DNA of 64,000 nucleotides. It comes from Stegostoma tigrinum. Taxonomy: Eukaryota. A model generated the notes under the pieces. That model was not told where the DNA came from and searched no databases. It was given only the letters and a program-made list of their open reading frames with translations. The position numbers and the translations under genes are program-made. Positions 27,688 through 40,432 of the stretch are shown here, piece after piece (the stretch's first letter is position 1; the number at the start of each line of letters is the position of its first letter). The stretch lies in NCBI RefSeq assembly GCF_030684315.1, contig NC_081378.1, positions 40,172,191-40,236,190 of the forward strand, read 5' to 3'.

Positions 27688-27855
27688 TAGTATCAGAGAT
27701 AATGGGAACTGCAGATGCTGGAGGATCCAAGACAACAAAATGTGAGGCTGGATGAACACAGCAGGCCAAGCAGCATCCCAGGAGCACAAAAGCTGACGTT
27801 TCGGGCCTAGACCCTTCATCGGAGAGGGGGATGGGGTGAGGGTTCTGGAGGTAAA
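27688..27855 (-). mobile_element. Penelope family A pseudo-LTR fragment
   Basis: Reverse complement of 23820-23985; hammerhead core mutated to CCGATGA. Confidence 0.85.
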
Positions 27856-28611
27856 AATAGTGTTGGACAGAATTGCTCCCATTTACAAGGCAAGATGCAA
27901 ACTCAAAGATGTGATGGTGAGCCAGTGAAGTGGGACTTCAATCTAGCAGCAAAATGACATGAAATTTTATCCCCACTGTATCAAAGCAATGTTGTCTGAG
28001 TCATGCTTTGCATCCAACCTGTGCTATTTGTCTAAAGTTACAGTACAGAAAGGCAGCATAAACATAGTTCGTGCTTCAGCTATGTAACCTTCTGATCTCA
28101 AAGTTATTCACATAATACTTACATCTGTTGTACTGACATTTCAAAAAGATAATGAAAGCTGTTGCTTGGTACTTCTCAGCATGACTCAGCTGTGTAAAAA
28201 GGGAGTATGGGCCATTGTATTGTCAATACAATAGCCATTGCTGGGTATATAGACAGTTCCCCAGCAAAAGGAATGTCCTGGACTTCAAATTAAGTATTGG
28301 GTATTGACAGGGTCTTACTGGAAGACCCAGTGAGATAGTTGTGAGTCAGCTGGCTTGGGATGTCAGAGGGGAGATGTATAAGAGGGGGGTGTGGCTTTGT
28401 GGAGTTGGAAGGGAGATTTGTTGGGGAAGTATGAGGTGCCTTCAATGAGAACAAGGTAATGTCAAAATTAGTTCCTCACCCTGCCTGACAATGGCTCATT
28501 CAGTAAAAGCTGCTGAGCTACACCACCAGGTATGAGGCACCCCTGCCAAAGTAGAGGCTGAGCTGGAAGGATGCATTTACGAACATCAATAGGCCAAGGT
28601 CAACGTTATAA

Positions 28612-28765
28612 AACATGGAAGATAGAAACAGGAATAGGACATTCAACTCTTCATGTCATTCAAATAATTGTAACTGATCATCGAGCTCAATACCATCATC
28701 CTACCCCCACCCACCCCCATATCCCTTGATCCATTTAGCCACAAGAACTATATCTACCTCTTTCT
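28612..28765 (-). mobile_element. CR1 3' end fragment
   Basis: Similar to the CR1 tail at 11790-11940. Confidence 0.6.
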
Positions 28766-29529
28766 CCTCTCTCCCCCACCCACCCCCCCACACCCAGATT
28801 TAAATACACTGGCATAAGGCCCATTAAATCCAGTCCCATGAATGTCTTGTACCTGTAATGAGGTAAACTGTAATTCTCATTCGAACAGGCTAATGTGTGT
28901 TTTCATGATTGGTAAGTTAACATCTTCCTGTTGATGAATTACAACATTTCACAATTTTCAAGACCTACATTATGTCTTTGGATTGAATCAACACGAATCA
29001 CTGAAGATGTGAACTGAAACTAATTACCCATTATTACAAAGAATCTGCCTTATGTTTTTATTCAGGTGTATAACTGAGGTTTTAACAGCATAGTAAATCA
29101 TAATTAGCATTAAACAACCTATTTAGCACTGAAAAATTAACTTTACAACTGTAGAGTTTTATTTCCCTTTGCAGAAAATGCAAATGCTGCATATTTAAAA
29201 AGAAGTAAAATACTTACGCATATATTCTAATATGTTTTTCTATTTAAAGTATCACTCTTAATCCAATATGTTTTTCCCATCTTTATTTCATTTTCAGCAT
29301 AACGATTCAAAGCTTTGCTTTGTATATCTTGATTCATTTTTTCCTCTTCGCTTTGATTGGAACATGGCTGCTATTGAATGAAAACATTTTTTTATATGTA
29401 AACATGTAAATTCAAGAAAGTCTTTTGCAGTTTCTGTCCTTTCAGATTGGTTTCAAAATGACAATGTACCCATCCTAATGCTTCTATTTCACTGATGGGT
29501 TCAAATTGTACTATTGGACCAGGGTGGGT

Positions 29530-29645
29530 AACCAGTTCTGAGGAAGGGTCACCAGACCAAAATAGTTAACTCTGATTTTCCTTCACAGATGCTGCCAGAC
29601 CTCCTGAGTTTTTCTATCAACCTCGTTTTTTTTTGGGGGTTTATT
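29530..29645 (+). mobile_element. Penelope family B pseudo-LTR fragment
   Basis: AGTTCTGAGGAAGGGTCACCAGACCAAAATAGTTAACT..CACAGATGCTGCCAGACCT (decayed hammerhead plus tail). Confidence 0.7.
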
Positions 29646-30047
29646 TGCTACGGCTTCAGGCAAGATACCCCAAACTATGAACTCCAAGTGAGGAGAATTG
29701 AAAAGGCTTCCCTTCTTTACTCACCTACCACCCTGGCTGTTTGCAATGAGGTTAATATGAAAAGAATTCCTTGCCCTCGTAGATACTTTTCTCCTAGACC
29801 CAATGAACTTGTGTTGTAAAAGCAACCAATTTAACCCCCCTTTCTTAGGGTAACAAAGTGAATCTATTAACCACTAAACATGAGAAGAATTAGTAATGCA
29901 GCACACATATAGACGGATTAGAAATAAGTGTTGCATCCAAAAAGATAAAAGTTTTTTTTAGATCAGTCTCTAAATTGTACGCAAATTGTGGACAGTTGAA
30001 CATTGTAGTCGATGATACAGGATAAGTTGAGAAAGGCAATTGAGCAG

Positions 30048-30170
30048 AAATAATGGGAACTGCAGATGTTGGAGAATCCAAGATAATAAAGTGTGAAGCT
30101 GGATGAACACTAAAGGCCAAGCAGCATCTCAGGAGCACAAAAGCTGACATTTTGGGCCTAGACCCTTCAT
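30048..30170 (-). mobile_element. Penelope family A pseudo-LTR fragment
   Basis: ATAATGGGAACTGCAGATG..GGGCCTAGACCCTTCAT. Confidence 0.85.
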
Positions 30171-30179
30171 GCCTGGTTC

Positions 30180-32580
30180 TGTAGTTTGATTGAAATTTAA
30201 TTTGTATCTGAAATAACTCCAGAGCTCAGTGTCCTGTTACCAAGTCACCCTTTATTTACATGTAGAGAGCCCTTGACACTGGTCCAGCTTCCTCCAAGCC
30301 AGTTCTGAGTGCCAGGGATGTCTGACCCTCCTGTTTGTATTTGTCAGGTAGGGCTCCCTGCTTGGATCACCTTAACAGCCCCAATCAGGGAATTCACTCT
30401 GTGAGGGCCACTTGATTGTAACAGGGTCAATTACAACATCCATTCTCAACAACCACAACCACCCCACCACCACCCTCCCCTCACTTCCTCTCCCTGAGTC
30501 TGACAACAAAGGCTGGTTCATTTTCTTGTAGCTTCTCCTGGGGCATCTTAGCACTGGGTCAGGTTCCCCCAACTCTGGCTCAGATACAGGTGGTGTGTAA
30601 TGCACAGTAGAGGCAGTGATATCTACCATGTCCATCCCAGATTCTGAGATGGAGATGGAGAGGGAGAACTCATTAGTTCTGCGAGCCTCACCGATTTGTT
30701 CTGAGGATTCGGGCATGTTTTGCTCCTGACCTGTTTTGTGAATTTGCAGCTATTATGTAGTCCAAGTGGTTGTTCAAGATCATTTTACCAGTCGTAACTT
30801 TATATGTCACGAGACCTGACCTCATGTCGATGATGCCCCTTACCCATGCAGGGCCGTTCCTGTAGTTCTTAGACCAAACTTTGTTCCCTGAAGGAAACTG
30901 CCTCTACTGCTTAGTGAAGTCTTGTGTCTGGCATTGACATTCCTGATGCTGTTTCACCCTTCCCCTCCCCAGGTCCAGGAAAATCCGATTTAACCTGGAG
31001 CAGAGTCTTCTCCATTTGTGCAACTCTGCTGGAGCTATCCCTGGATTTGAACAAGGGGTGGTCCTGTAATCGAATAGGAACCAGGACAGTTGAATGTCTA
31101 GTGAAGCTGTAGGCTGAAAGCCTGCCTTCAAAGTTTGGACTGCTCTTTCTGCCAAACTATTGGGTGGTGGATAGTATGGACCTGTCTTATATGTTGAATA
31201 TCTTTCAACTTTAGGAAATGCTCCAATTCCCTGCTGGTAAACAATGGCCCGTTATCTGTGACCAACAACTCTGTGAGTCTATGAAATGCAAAATTTGCAC
31301 ACACTTTTTCTATTGTTGTCCCTGTGTTTTACAAATGAGCACTATGCACATCCAGTATGAGTCGGCACCCACAATGACTAAGAACATTGAGCCCATGAAA
31401 GGGCCTGCATAGTTGACATGTAACTGAGTCCAGGGTTTACCTGGTTATTCCAATGAATGTGGGGGAGTTGCTGGCAGTAATTTTTATCAATTGTTGGCAC
31501 TAACTTTTATCGTTGACCCTAGCTTTTATCATGGTTGGCACTCTGGGCACTGCACCACCAAAGCTGCTATGCCTGTATCTGGTCCTGGCCACTAGACATG
31601 ACTTCTCACGAATATCTTAATTTTGGAAACCCTGGAATGATCCTGGTGGAGTTCAGCCAGTGGTCATCTTTGCTCAGGACAATCACTCTTGCTCCCCATG
31701 ACAATATGCCATCCTCTACTATGACCTGGTCTCTCTGGGTCCAAAATGGTTCCAATTCCAGTTGTGCTAGTCCTTTGGTTTCCCCCATCACCACCAGCTG
31801 TTTCAGTTTTGCTGGGACTGAATCTTTTTGTGTCCACAGACCAATTATTTTCAGCAGTAACCAGAAGCGTGTCGAGAATATTTAAAGCTATTACAGACTC
31901 TTCCAATGATAGTACCACCAATGGTGTGTTTGTCAGCGGGAGGTGACTCAAGGCATCCGCATTTGCTACTTGGCCTCTTGGATGGTGTTGCAGCTTGTAC
32001 TTGTACACAGTATCAGAGCCCAGTGCTGAATTGAGCCTGAAGCTATGGGTGGCACTGCTTTATTCTCTTTAATTAGAATGAGCAGGGATTTGTAGTCTGT
32101 TTTCAATTACATATGTAGACCTAGAGATAACAAAGGAGCCATAGCAAAAATCAACACGTCTTCTCCTTCTCAGCTTTTCGTTATATTAGAGTTCTTTATC
32201 ATCATGGTGGAGATCGCTGTAGCAGTTGTCGGCTTCTGGCCACATGAGCACAACTCGAGCCTCAGTGAATCCCAAAGGTATGGACTCTAGTGAATTGAGT
32301 GTTGAGACCCAACATGCAAGAACAAAGCTTGCTTTACTCCATTATTTTACAAATTTACATTCGTAAAGGCATTGGTGGAACTTCCTGACTTCGCATATGA
32401 CCGCCAAAGTTTCCTTCTCAAACTGGACATATTTACAATCTGCATTCACCAAAGTCCTGAACGCGTAAGCTATTGGGCCATTCATGAGCTAATACTATCC
32501 CGACACCATGGGGGGAGGCATCGCATGTCAATATGACATCTCACTAAGGATCATACTGTACCCATCCCACCCAGACTTGT
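30180..32580 (-). mobile_element. Decayed Ty3/Gypsy LTR retrotransposon: RNase H/integrase relics, PPT and 3' LTR (30180-30438)
   Basis: Minus-strand ORFs YKYKLQHHPRGQVANADALSHLPL, EDGILSWGARVIV, AERAVQTLK..FLFDYRTTP..GIAPAEL; LTR bounded TGT..ACA with an adjacent purine tract on the minus strand (about 30450-30495). Confidence 0.85.
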
Positions 32581-35129
32581 CTAAACTTTGAGAAAAGTAC
32601 TCTGTGTCTCTCAGTGTGTCTCTCAGTCCAGACAACCACTTAAGTTGCATCCACCATTTTCAGCTTTTTCAGTGCTGTATTAAAAATTAAGTTTTATTGT
32701 AAGTTAAAAATATCCATTGTTTCTCAGGGCTCTGAAACAAGGACAAGGACAAAAACTGTTGTTTTGTTTTTGCTGACTGTGGAAGCTTTCCATGTGAAAA
32801 TTGTTTGTCATGTTTACAGTTGACCTGGTCCAAAACTATGTGGATTTAATAAGATGTAATTCTTTCCAACTGTCTGACTACAGTATTAAGTTGAATGCCC
32901 ATTAGCTAATTATTTTATTTCCAATTCTTGACCTTTTACTTTAATATGTTACTTTGAGAATTTTACTTTTTTTATTCAAAACAAAGTATTTTTGTCAGAT
33001 AAAATGACCAAGTCATTTCATGAATGGTGTAAATTTATTTTACAGGATTGAAACTAATCAGTAAGAAATGAAATTTCAATCATGTCTTCCCTAACATCTT
33101 GCCACTTAAAACATGCTTGTTAATAGCTATGAACATTTTTAATGTGTATAATTTACCAGCATTTGGCATTTGTAATTTTAATTCAACATTGAAAAGCCTG
33201 CATTTACGAAATTGAACTTGCTAAACAACAAAAACACAACTATTGCCAACGAGTCCTCAAAAATTAAGAGGTACAGAATGACGTGAGCAAGTATTCTCCT
33301 TTTGGTCATTGTCATTCATCTGTTAGTGAAGAGCACAAGCATTACCAAGGCCAGACAACCTATTTTTAAAACAATGTTGATTTGAAAGGATAGGTCTAAA
33401 ACTAAAGACTAAAGTTTTCCCATATAGTTGAAAATTGGCACTTCTGCCAAAGAACTTTATGTAATGGGAGTTCATACTAAAAATCCAGGTTCTGAGATCA
33501 GTTATTGGCTGTCCATTTGATTGTGCATTTGTTGAATTGTATGGATTTTGTAGAATGTTAATCAGGTGCATGGATCTCCATCCTGAATTCCAAATCTGTG
33601 ATCACTCTGGAGACATTAATTAATAAGATTTATTTTTAAGAGATGGTACAAAATAAATGAAAATTAAATACAGGTAATTAAAACTAATGGGCAGCTGAGC
33701 ATTCGTTTCTATGTCTCATACTTTCTATGATTCCTGAATTTCAGGTACCGTGAACAAGGGAGTCCACAAATCCAAGATCCACAGCGCTGGTCAATAGTTT
33801 CACCCTGGACTGATAAGAGGAGTCCTTATTTGAAGATTAGTTAAACACCAAAAGCATTTGTTATCAGGTAATACACAAGAGCAAAAGGAATTGATGCTTT
33901 AAAAGTTAGATATGTGTTACTGGGAAGTTCCTGGAATGATGGTTTGCACTGATGCAAAATTACTGAGAACCAGTGCTCTCCGAAACTCATTCTCTCCTGA
34001 GACTGACTTTAGCACGTACTTGAGACAAGCAGTTTCACTACTGAGGAAGGGAAATTAGACTTGCTCAGATGATCAGGCAAACTATGTGCCATAAGTACAA
34101 TACAGTTGTAAAAGTTGCTGTCAGAAATATCTTCCATCAGTTTTATTCTTGCTGTCCCTTCTCTACTTCTGAGGTGGTTGTCTGACGCACTTTTCAGAAT
34201 TCATACTGTGGATTTAGGAAACGCTGTTGGCGTCTCAGTTCTTCAGCTGCCTGGACAGTCTGTTCAAAACTGCATGGACTTTAGTTGATAATGTGATCAA
34301 CAATAATAAAGTAGACATATAGACATGAGAGTATTGATGGGGATAGGGATGAGGATTAGAGTAAGCAATGCCCCAAGTTTCAAGTACCAATAATGCAGGT
34401 ACGTTTGGGGCCTCTGGACTGTTGACTGGATTTTCTGATAAGTGGAGAGTTGCCAAGAACAAGAGGGAAAATGTAGTGAGCTTGGCATCAGGGGATGAAT
34501 TTTACATTTTTAATAATGATGCCTCTGCTTTAGCAACCAAATGTATTTGCTACATGTGAAAGAGAGTTGTTCGAGTGGTCAAGTCACATCATTGAGAGGA
34601 ATGGTACCACATTTTTAGATGAGGGCAATATGGTTGACATTGTTCACTCGAATTTTTGTGAGATATTTAGCAAAACTTTTCACTTGAGGACAGTTGTGGA
34701 AATGGAGAGAATAATTCATTCGTGAAAAACAAAAAAGTTGTAAGAAAAAAATCCAACCATTTGATCTGTGTTGTTAAAAATAGAGGATGCAACGTAATGC
34801 TAAGATAATCCACAGATGTAAAATACAACCGAACCCAATTGGCCTGAATAGCCTTTGCACAATTGAACATTTTTCATTTTTCTTGTCTAAAAGTACAACA
34901 TTCCATTCCATGTGTTGGCTCAGTCAAACATGACCTGATGACAGGAAATATTTCCATTGTCATGAAAAAACAATGCAGTATTTAATTTTCATTTTTTTTC
35001 AGAAAGCAATATACTTCATCTGCTGCACTGACAGCTAAGCACAAGAATCTGCTCAAAAAAAGGAAAACGTATCACACGGATACAAACAAAATACACTCTG
35101 TGACACCCAAAAACAAACCTCCTGCTTTC

Positions 35130-35313
35130 GGCAGAAGGTGTAATTAGATGGCTGACAGCACATCACTGAGGAAACTATCAGGCCCAGCAATACAGTGCAC
35201 ATCATTAGAATAAGACACGCTATTCCTGTTTTATGAAGAGGTAATTAACACATTCTGAGACTGTGTTATGTGACTGAGGATATTACTGGTGCACAATACA
35301 GGACAAAAGGAAC
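35130..35313. promoter_or_regulatory. Candidate conserved non-coding element, copy 1
   Basis: 173/184 identical to 47863-48046 with no indels while the flanks are highly diverged; has TAATTA x2, TGACAG and TATC motifs; no shared long ORF. Confidence 0.6.
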
Positions 35314-35624
35314 CGCTTTTCTGAAAATACTCTATACAACTAAGCCTGTATGTTGATGCCAGAAATTCAATTCCTATTTTCAAATGTACATTTGCTATAT
35401 TCATTCTTACAGAAACTTGTTGTGAAATTGTTTTGTGTGATATTTATTGGAAAAAAGCTTGATACAAAAGTGTGACAATTTAATGGAAGGTGTAGTCAAA
35501 TCGATGGATTAATATCCCAGCCGAACTCTTGTACAAGTGAATTTCATACAGGCCAAGATAATGTTTTAACTCCACAGATTACAGTTAGCTGAGGACAGGG
35601 AAAGTATACAGTTCCATTAGAAAA

Positions 35625-36195
35625 AGGAAAGAATTTGCAGAACCTCAGGATATCTCAAAGCATTTTGCAGCCAATGAAGTACGTTATGTGTTGTAACTAT
35701 GTTATTGTGCGATATCGGGCAGCCAATTTACACACCGCGAGATGTCGCAAACAGTATTGAAACAACAACCACATTCATTTGTTTTAAGTGATGGTGATTG
35801 AGGGACAAATATTGGACAGAAGAATGCACCTGCTCATCTTTGATATAGTGCCATTTGTTGCATCGGTGCCTCCAGGAAGATTTTTGTTTACCATCTCAGC
35901 TGGAAATGAGTACCTCTGACAGCAATTCTTGTGAGTTACTCATTTAGAATTCCCAGCCTCCACCCTGCTGTTATAATTGCCTCTACAAGTTTCTCAGTTC
36001 TGAAGAAGTCATTACTGGACTTAAAAGTGTTAACCGTTTCTCTCTTCAATGATGCTCACAGTTTCTCCAGCACTTTCTGTTTCTCGTTCAGATTTCCAGC
36101 ATCTATAGAATTTTGCTTTCATTTAAGTGGAAGCTATTATTATGTTCTCAAGACTTGAGTGGTACTTGAACTCATGACCTCCTAACTTAGAACCC
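35625..36195 (-). mobile_element. SacSINE1/LF-SINE-like tRNA SINE, interrupted by a PLE pseudo-LTR (about 35990-36125)
   Basis: Body CTCAAAGCATTTTGCAGCCAATGAAGTAC..GGCAGCCAATTTACACAC..ACCTCTGACAG; reversed B-box GTACTTGAACTC near 36165. Confidence 0.5.
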
Positions 36196-36437
36196 ATGAC
36201 CAATTTTACAATGACAGTGGATCTGGATCATTTCCAGAGTGCATGAAACGCTGTAAGTGTAAAAATCACAGTAGGAATGCATGCTTGATACAAATGGATT
36301 AGAGAAGCCAATGTTGGGACAATATTTTCAGATGACTAGAGCAGTAGAGGATTCAGGGTATTGTTGTGAAAAGACAGAGGGAACAGGTATTAAGAAGTAC
36401 GTCATTAGACAGTGTAAGCAAAGCCTGGAATAGGTTA

Positions 36438-37045
36438 AGATAACAAAGTGTGGAGCTGGATGAACACAGCAGGCCAAGCAGCATCTCAGGAGCACAAAAG
36501 CTGACATTTTGGTCCTAGACCCTTCATCAGAGAGGGGGATGGGGAGAGGGTTCTGGAATAAATAGGGAGAGAGGGGGAGGCGGACCGAAGATGGAGAGAA
36601 AAGAAGATAGGTGAAGATGAGAGTATAGGTGGGGAGGTAGGGAGGGGATAGGTCAGTCCAGGGAAGACTGACGGGTCAAGGAGGCGGGATGAGGTTAGTA
36701 GGTAGGACGTGGAGGTGCGGTTTGAGGTGGGAGGAAGGGATAGGTGAGAGGAAGAACTGGTTAGGGAGGCATGGACAGGCTGGGCTGGTGTTGGGATGCA
36801 GTGGGTGGAGAGGACGAGCTGGGCTGGTTTTGGCATGCAGTGGGGGAAGGGGAGATTTTGAAGCTTGTGAAGTCCACATTGATAACATTGGGCTGCAAGG
36901 TTCACAAACGAAATATGAGTTGCTGTTCCTGCAACCTTCGGGTGGCATCATTGTGGGACTGCCGGAGGCCCATGATGGACATGTCGTCTGAGGAATGGGA
37001 GGGGGAGTGGAAATGGTTCGCAACTGGGAGGTGCAGTTGGCCATG
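36438..37045 (-). mobile_element. Penelope family A 3' fragment
   Basis: Reverse-complement homologue of 23350-23940 (HLPVANHF..DDMSIMGL). Confidence 0.9.
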
Positions 37046-37622
37046 ATGGACGTGGGGACCGTTTTGCAGAAAACGCGACCCCAGCTTGGAATAGGTTGTC
37101 AGGATGTTGGATTTAGTTGAGATTCAACTAAATGCTGAAATTGAATGCAGTAACATTGATGTTCTTCAAGCATATTATCAAAGTTGATTGGAGTTGGCTC
37201 CTGTATGTGCTAAGTCTTGTGAAATCATCAAAGTATATTCATACCTTTGTTGTGCAGCAAGGTTCTTGAAGCTGCTTGCTATGGCTCTCACACTAACCCC
37301 ACAATATTTTGAAACCAGACAAGACAGGCTGGTCTTGTCACTGGATCTTGGCACCATTGCCATCAGTTCTGGTGATACACCTGCCAGTGTTAGATCATGA
37401 ATCAGCCAGATATTTTGGGCCACGAGGGAGATGGTTGAGCTTGAATTAAGAACCAGCCAGGAGACCCAAGGGAGAACTTTTTGAACTCAGGTGACCGGCA
37501 ATGCATTCACATTGTCTACTGCGTCAAGCCTGGAGAATGTGAGACTGCCTTTCCCAGAGAGAATTCTCTCTGCAGTCAGATTGGGCTCTGGCTTTGGAAT
37601 AAGATGGTAACTTGGAGTACTC

Positions 37623-37869
37623 TGTAGAGCCCTGGTTGCCCTGCTTTTGGAAGAGAAATAACTCCACAGAGGCTGGTATCCCATCACTAAGTCACCTTTT
37701 ATTTACACAGTATGGGACTCTGACCATCAGTACCTGGAGTGAGGAAAATCCATGAATCTCTTAATTATATATGGCATCCAGGGCTCCCTGATTAGACCAG
37801 GTTAATAGCCCCAATTAGGGAACTCATTTCAGTGAGATCCATCTGGTCATCCTCATTCCAATCATAACA
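37623..37869 (-). mobile_element. Solo LTR related to the Gypsy LTR at 30180-30438
   Basis: Shares TGTAG start, GAAATAACTCC, AAGTCACC.TTTATTTACA, GGGCTCCCTG, GCCCCAAT.AGGGAA and an AACA end. Confidence 0.75.
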
Positions 37870-38365
37870 GGAATGATATTATCACATTGGAGAGGGTTCA
37901 GAAAAAGATTTACCAGGATGTTGCCAGGAATGGAACAATTGAGTTAGGCCAAATAGGCTGGGACTTTGATCACTGGATCACAGGAAATTGAGGCACGACC
38001 TTATGGAGGTTTATAAAATCATGAGGGGCATAGATAATGTGACTAGCAAAAAAATCTTTCCCTAATACAGGGAAGTTGAAAACTAGAGGGCATATTTTTA
38101 AGGTGAGAGGAGAAAAATTTAAAGACATGATGGGTAACTTAGTTTACACAGAGAGTGGTTCATATGTGGAATGAACTGCCAGAGGAAGCAATGAATGTTG
38201 TCCAATTAATGTGTAAAAGCCATTTGGATAAGCATATGAAAAGGAATGGTTTGGAGGGATATGAGTTAAATGCAGGTAAGTGGGACTAGTTTAGTTTGGG
38301 AACGTGGTCGGCATGGACTCGTTAGACTGAAGGGTCTGTTTCCATGCTATATGACTCTGACACTA
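37870..38365 (+). mobile_element. CR1 LINE 3' fragment
   Basis: LERVQKK..TRMLPG, EVYKIMRGID; tail GGGTCTGTTTCCATGCTATATGACTCT. Confidence 0.88.
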
Positions 38366-38639
38366 TCACTGCAAGATGGAAAGTGTTACAATAATACAAA
38401 TGTTGTCATGTTGATATACCATCTAGAAATTTGATGCGTTTAAAGTAAGAGTTTTGAATTTTGTTGCTATCCACGGGGTTAGTGTGCTGGGAATGAAGCT
38501 TCGCTGTTACTGGCAATGTCTTAAACAGTAAAGATTTTAAAAGAAACATTCAAAATCCCCAAGCTCCTGAATCTTCAGACCCAGACAGAAAGCATGGATC
38601 GGGTTTCTGCACTTGAAAAGAATCACAATGTAGCTCTTT

Positions 38640-38745
38640 CTTTTCTAATCAACCTGTTCAGAGATGTTATAACACAACTCTGGAGTAGGGGAAACGTGAA
38701 ACCGGGGCTCCTGGCTCAGAATTAGGGCCACTTCCCCAGCACCAT
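38640..38745 (-). mobile_element. Very short tRNA-derived SINE-like repeat (also near 1545-1620 and 25270-25352, + strand)
   Basis: Shared tail TCTGAACAGGTTGATTAGAAAA; B-box-like GGTTCAAGTCC in the 25298 copy. Confidence 0.5.
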
Positions 38746-38954
38746 CAGACCCCTTAAGGATCTTACAAATAATAAGATTTGAGCCACTGGTAAACAATTA
38801 AACTCAATTGTGAATACTCTTCTAGTTAAAACTCTAAACCTCTTATAAACACTGCTTTGCGCACGTGCAAATACATACACATACAGGCACATAAACAGGT
38901 ATAAGCAGGATAAGAAAGCACTTGGGTGAAGGGAAAACGGGGCTAACTTCATCA

Positions 38955-39995
38955 CAAAAACGGAAATTGCTGGAAAAACTCAGCAGATTCAGCAGCATCT
39001 GTGAAGAGAAAACAAAATCAATGCTTTGGGTCCAGTGACCCTTCTTCAGGACTGACAGCAGCTAGGAAGAGGTGGTATATTTGCTATAAGGAAGTGGGGG
39101 GGACTGGTTCGAGTGGTGGTAAGGAAGTAAGTGATAGGTGGAGATGGAGCCCAGACAGAGGGAAAGGCAGTTAGGCAGACGATGCAATGGATAACTGTAA
39201 GCCAGGAAGAATAAAAAGTTGATCATGGGGACCATTTGCTGATAAAAATAGGCCCTTTCCTTCCAGGATACCCTGGTATCCTCCTTCTCATGCAGTCGCA
39301 GAAGGCGTAACTTCTGCTTGTTTGCTTTCTCCTTCCTCACTATCCAAAGGTCAAACATACCACCCGGGATGAAGTAGCAATTTGCCTGTACCTCGCTGCC
39401 TCTAACTCTGTCCCTTGACCCGGACTCCTCCTTCTGGTCTTTTAGCTTCACTGGACCTGTTCATTGAGAACTGTCAATGTGGCATCTGTGCCCTTCATTT
39501 CTCTGGTTCCTTCACCCACTCAAACCGATCTCCCATTGAACAGAACACCATGCTCTCAGATCCAGCCTTGACTTTGTCATCAAGCCTGCTAACGCGGGGG
39601 CGATGCTGGCATTGTCTGGCAGACTGACTACCACATTGTGAAGGCTGAGGGCCAGGTCTCAAACACCACGTCCTAACATCCCCGGACCATGACCCTACTA
39701 TCAATCACCTTGGCTATTGTGTCCACAATGGTCATTCATCTCCATTTCATCTGGGAATCTTCCCACTATGAAGAACCTCCAAGGTTATATTCCCCAACCA
39801 CATACAGAGCAATTCTACCTTCTTCTGAAATCCACAAACAGGACTGCACTGCACCAGCAAGTAAATTGTCTCAGCCCCACAGACTTTACTTCTTCCTTTC
39901 TTGTCTCAATGTTTTCCTCTCCTCGTTGAGTCCCTTCCCACTTATATCTGCGATTCTTCTGATGCTTTACATCAGTTTCAGAATTTCCCATTCAC
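38955..39995. mobile_element. Older Penelope family B remnant with internal inversion
   Basis: 38955-39410 is the minus-strand pseudo-LTR/EN end; 39410-39995 is a plus-strand RT relic (IPQPHTEQFYLL.. / EIHKQDC, cf. PQPRTARFYLLPKIHK). Confidence 0.6.
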
Positions 39996-40019
39996 AGCCC
40001 CCAGTTCTTCCTCTTCACA

Positions 40020-40432
40020 CATCAATAGAAGCTCTTAGTATCAGTCTTTGTGTTGTCTGCAAGCTTTTTTTGCACCACATTTTCCCTTTTTTTAATCAAT
40101 CCCTAGGTCCTTCTTTGAATTCTAAACTGCTCCCAATCCTCAAACATTTTATTTTTCTTGGCCAATCTGTTTGCTTCTTCCTTGGATCAGATACTATCTC
40201 TAATTTCCCTTGTTAGCCATGGATTGGCCCTCTCACCAACATTGCTTTTGTGTCTGACAGGAATAAACAGTTGTTGCAGTACCCTGATATGTTCTTGAGT
40301 GTTTGCCATTGCTGATCCACTGTCATCACTTTAACTAACTCTCCCCAATCTATTAAGGTCAACTGACTCCTCATATCTTCATAGTTTCCTGTATTAAGAT
40401 TCACCATCCTAGTCTCTGAATCAATCAGTCCC
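40020..40432 (-). mobile_element. CR1 ORF2 internal fragment
   Basis: ORF 40213-40434 NLNTGNYEDMRSQLTLIDW..TVDQQWQTLK (CR1 EN-RT linker). Confidence 0.7.

Noticed and set aside
33914-34057. YWEV motif in both duplicate copies (B30.2-like)
   Set aside because: Spacing to the next conserved island differs by 2 nt and there is no further peptide similarity
35148-35213. Short ORF MADSTSLRKLSGPA.. in the duplicated core
   Set aside because: Stops after 21 codons in copy 1 and 36 in copy 2, and the differences are non-synonymous, so conservation is at nucleotide level
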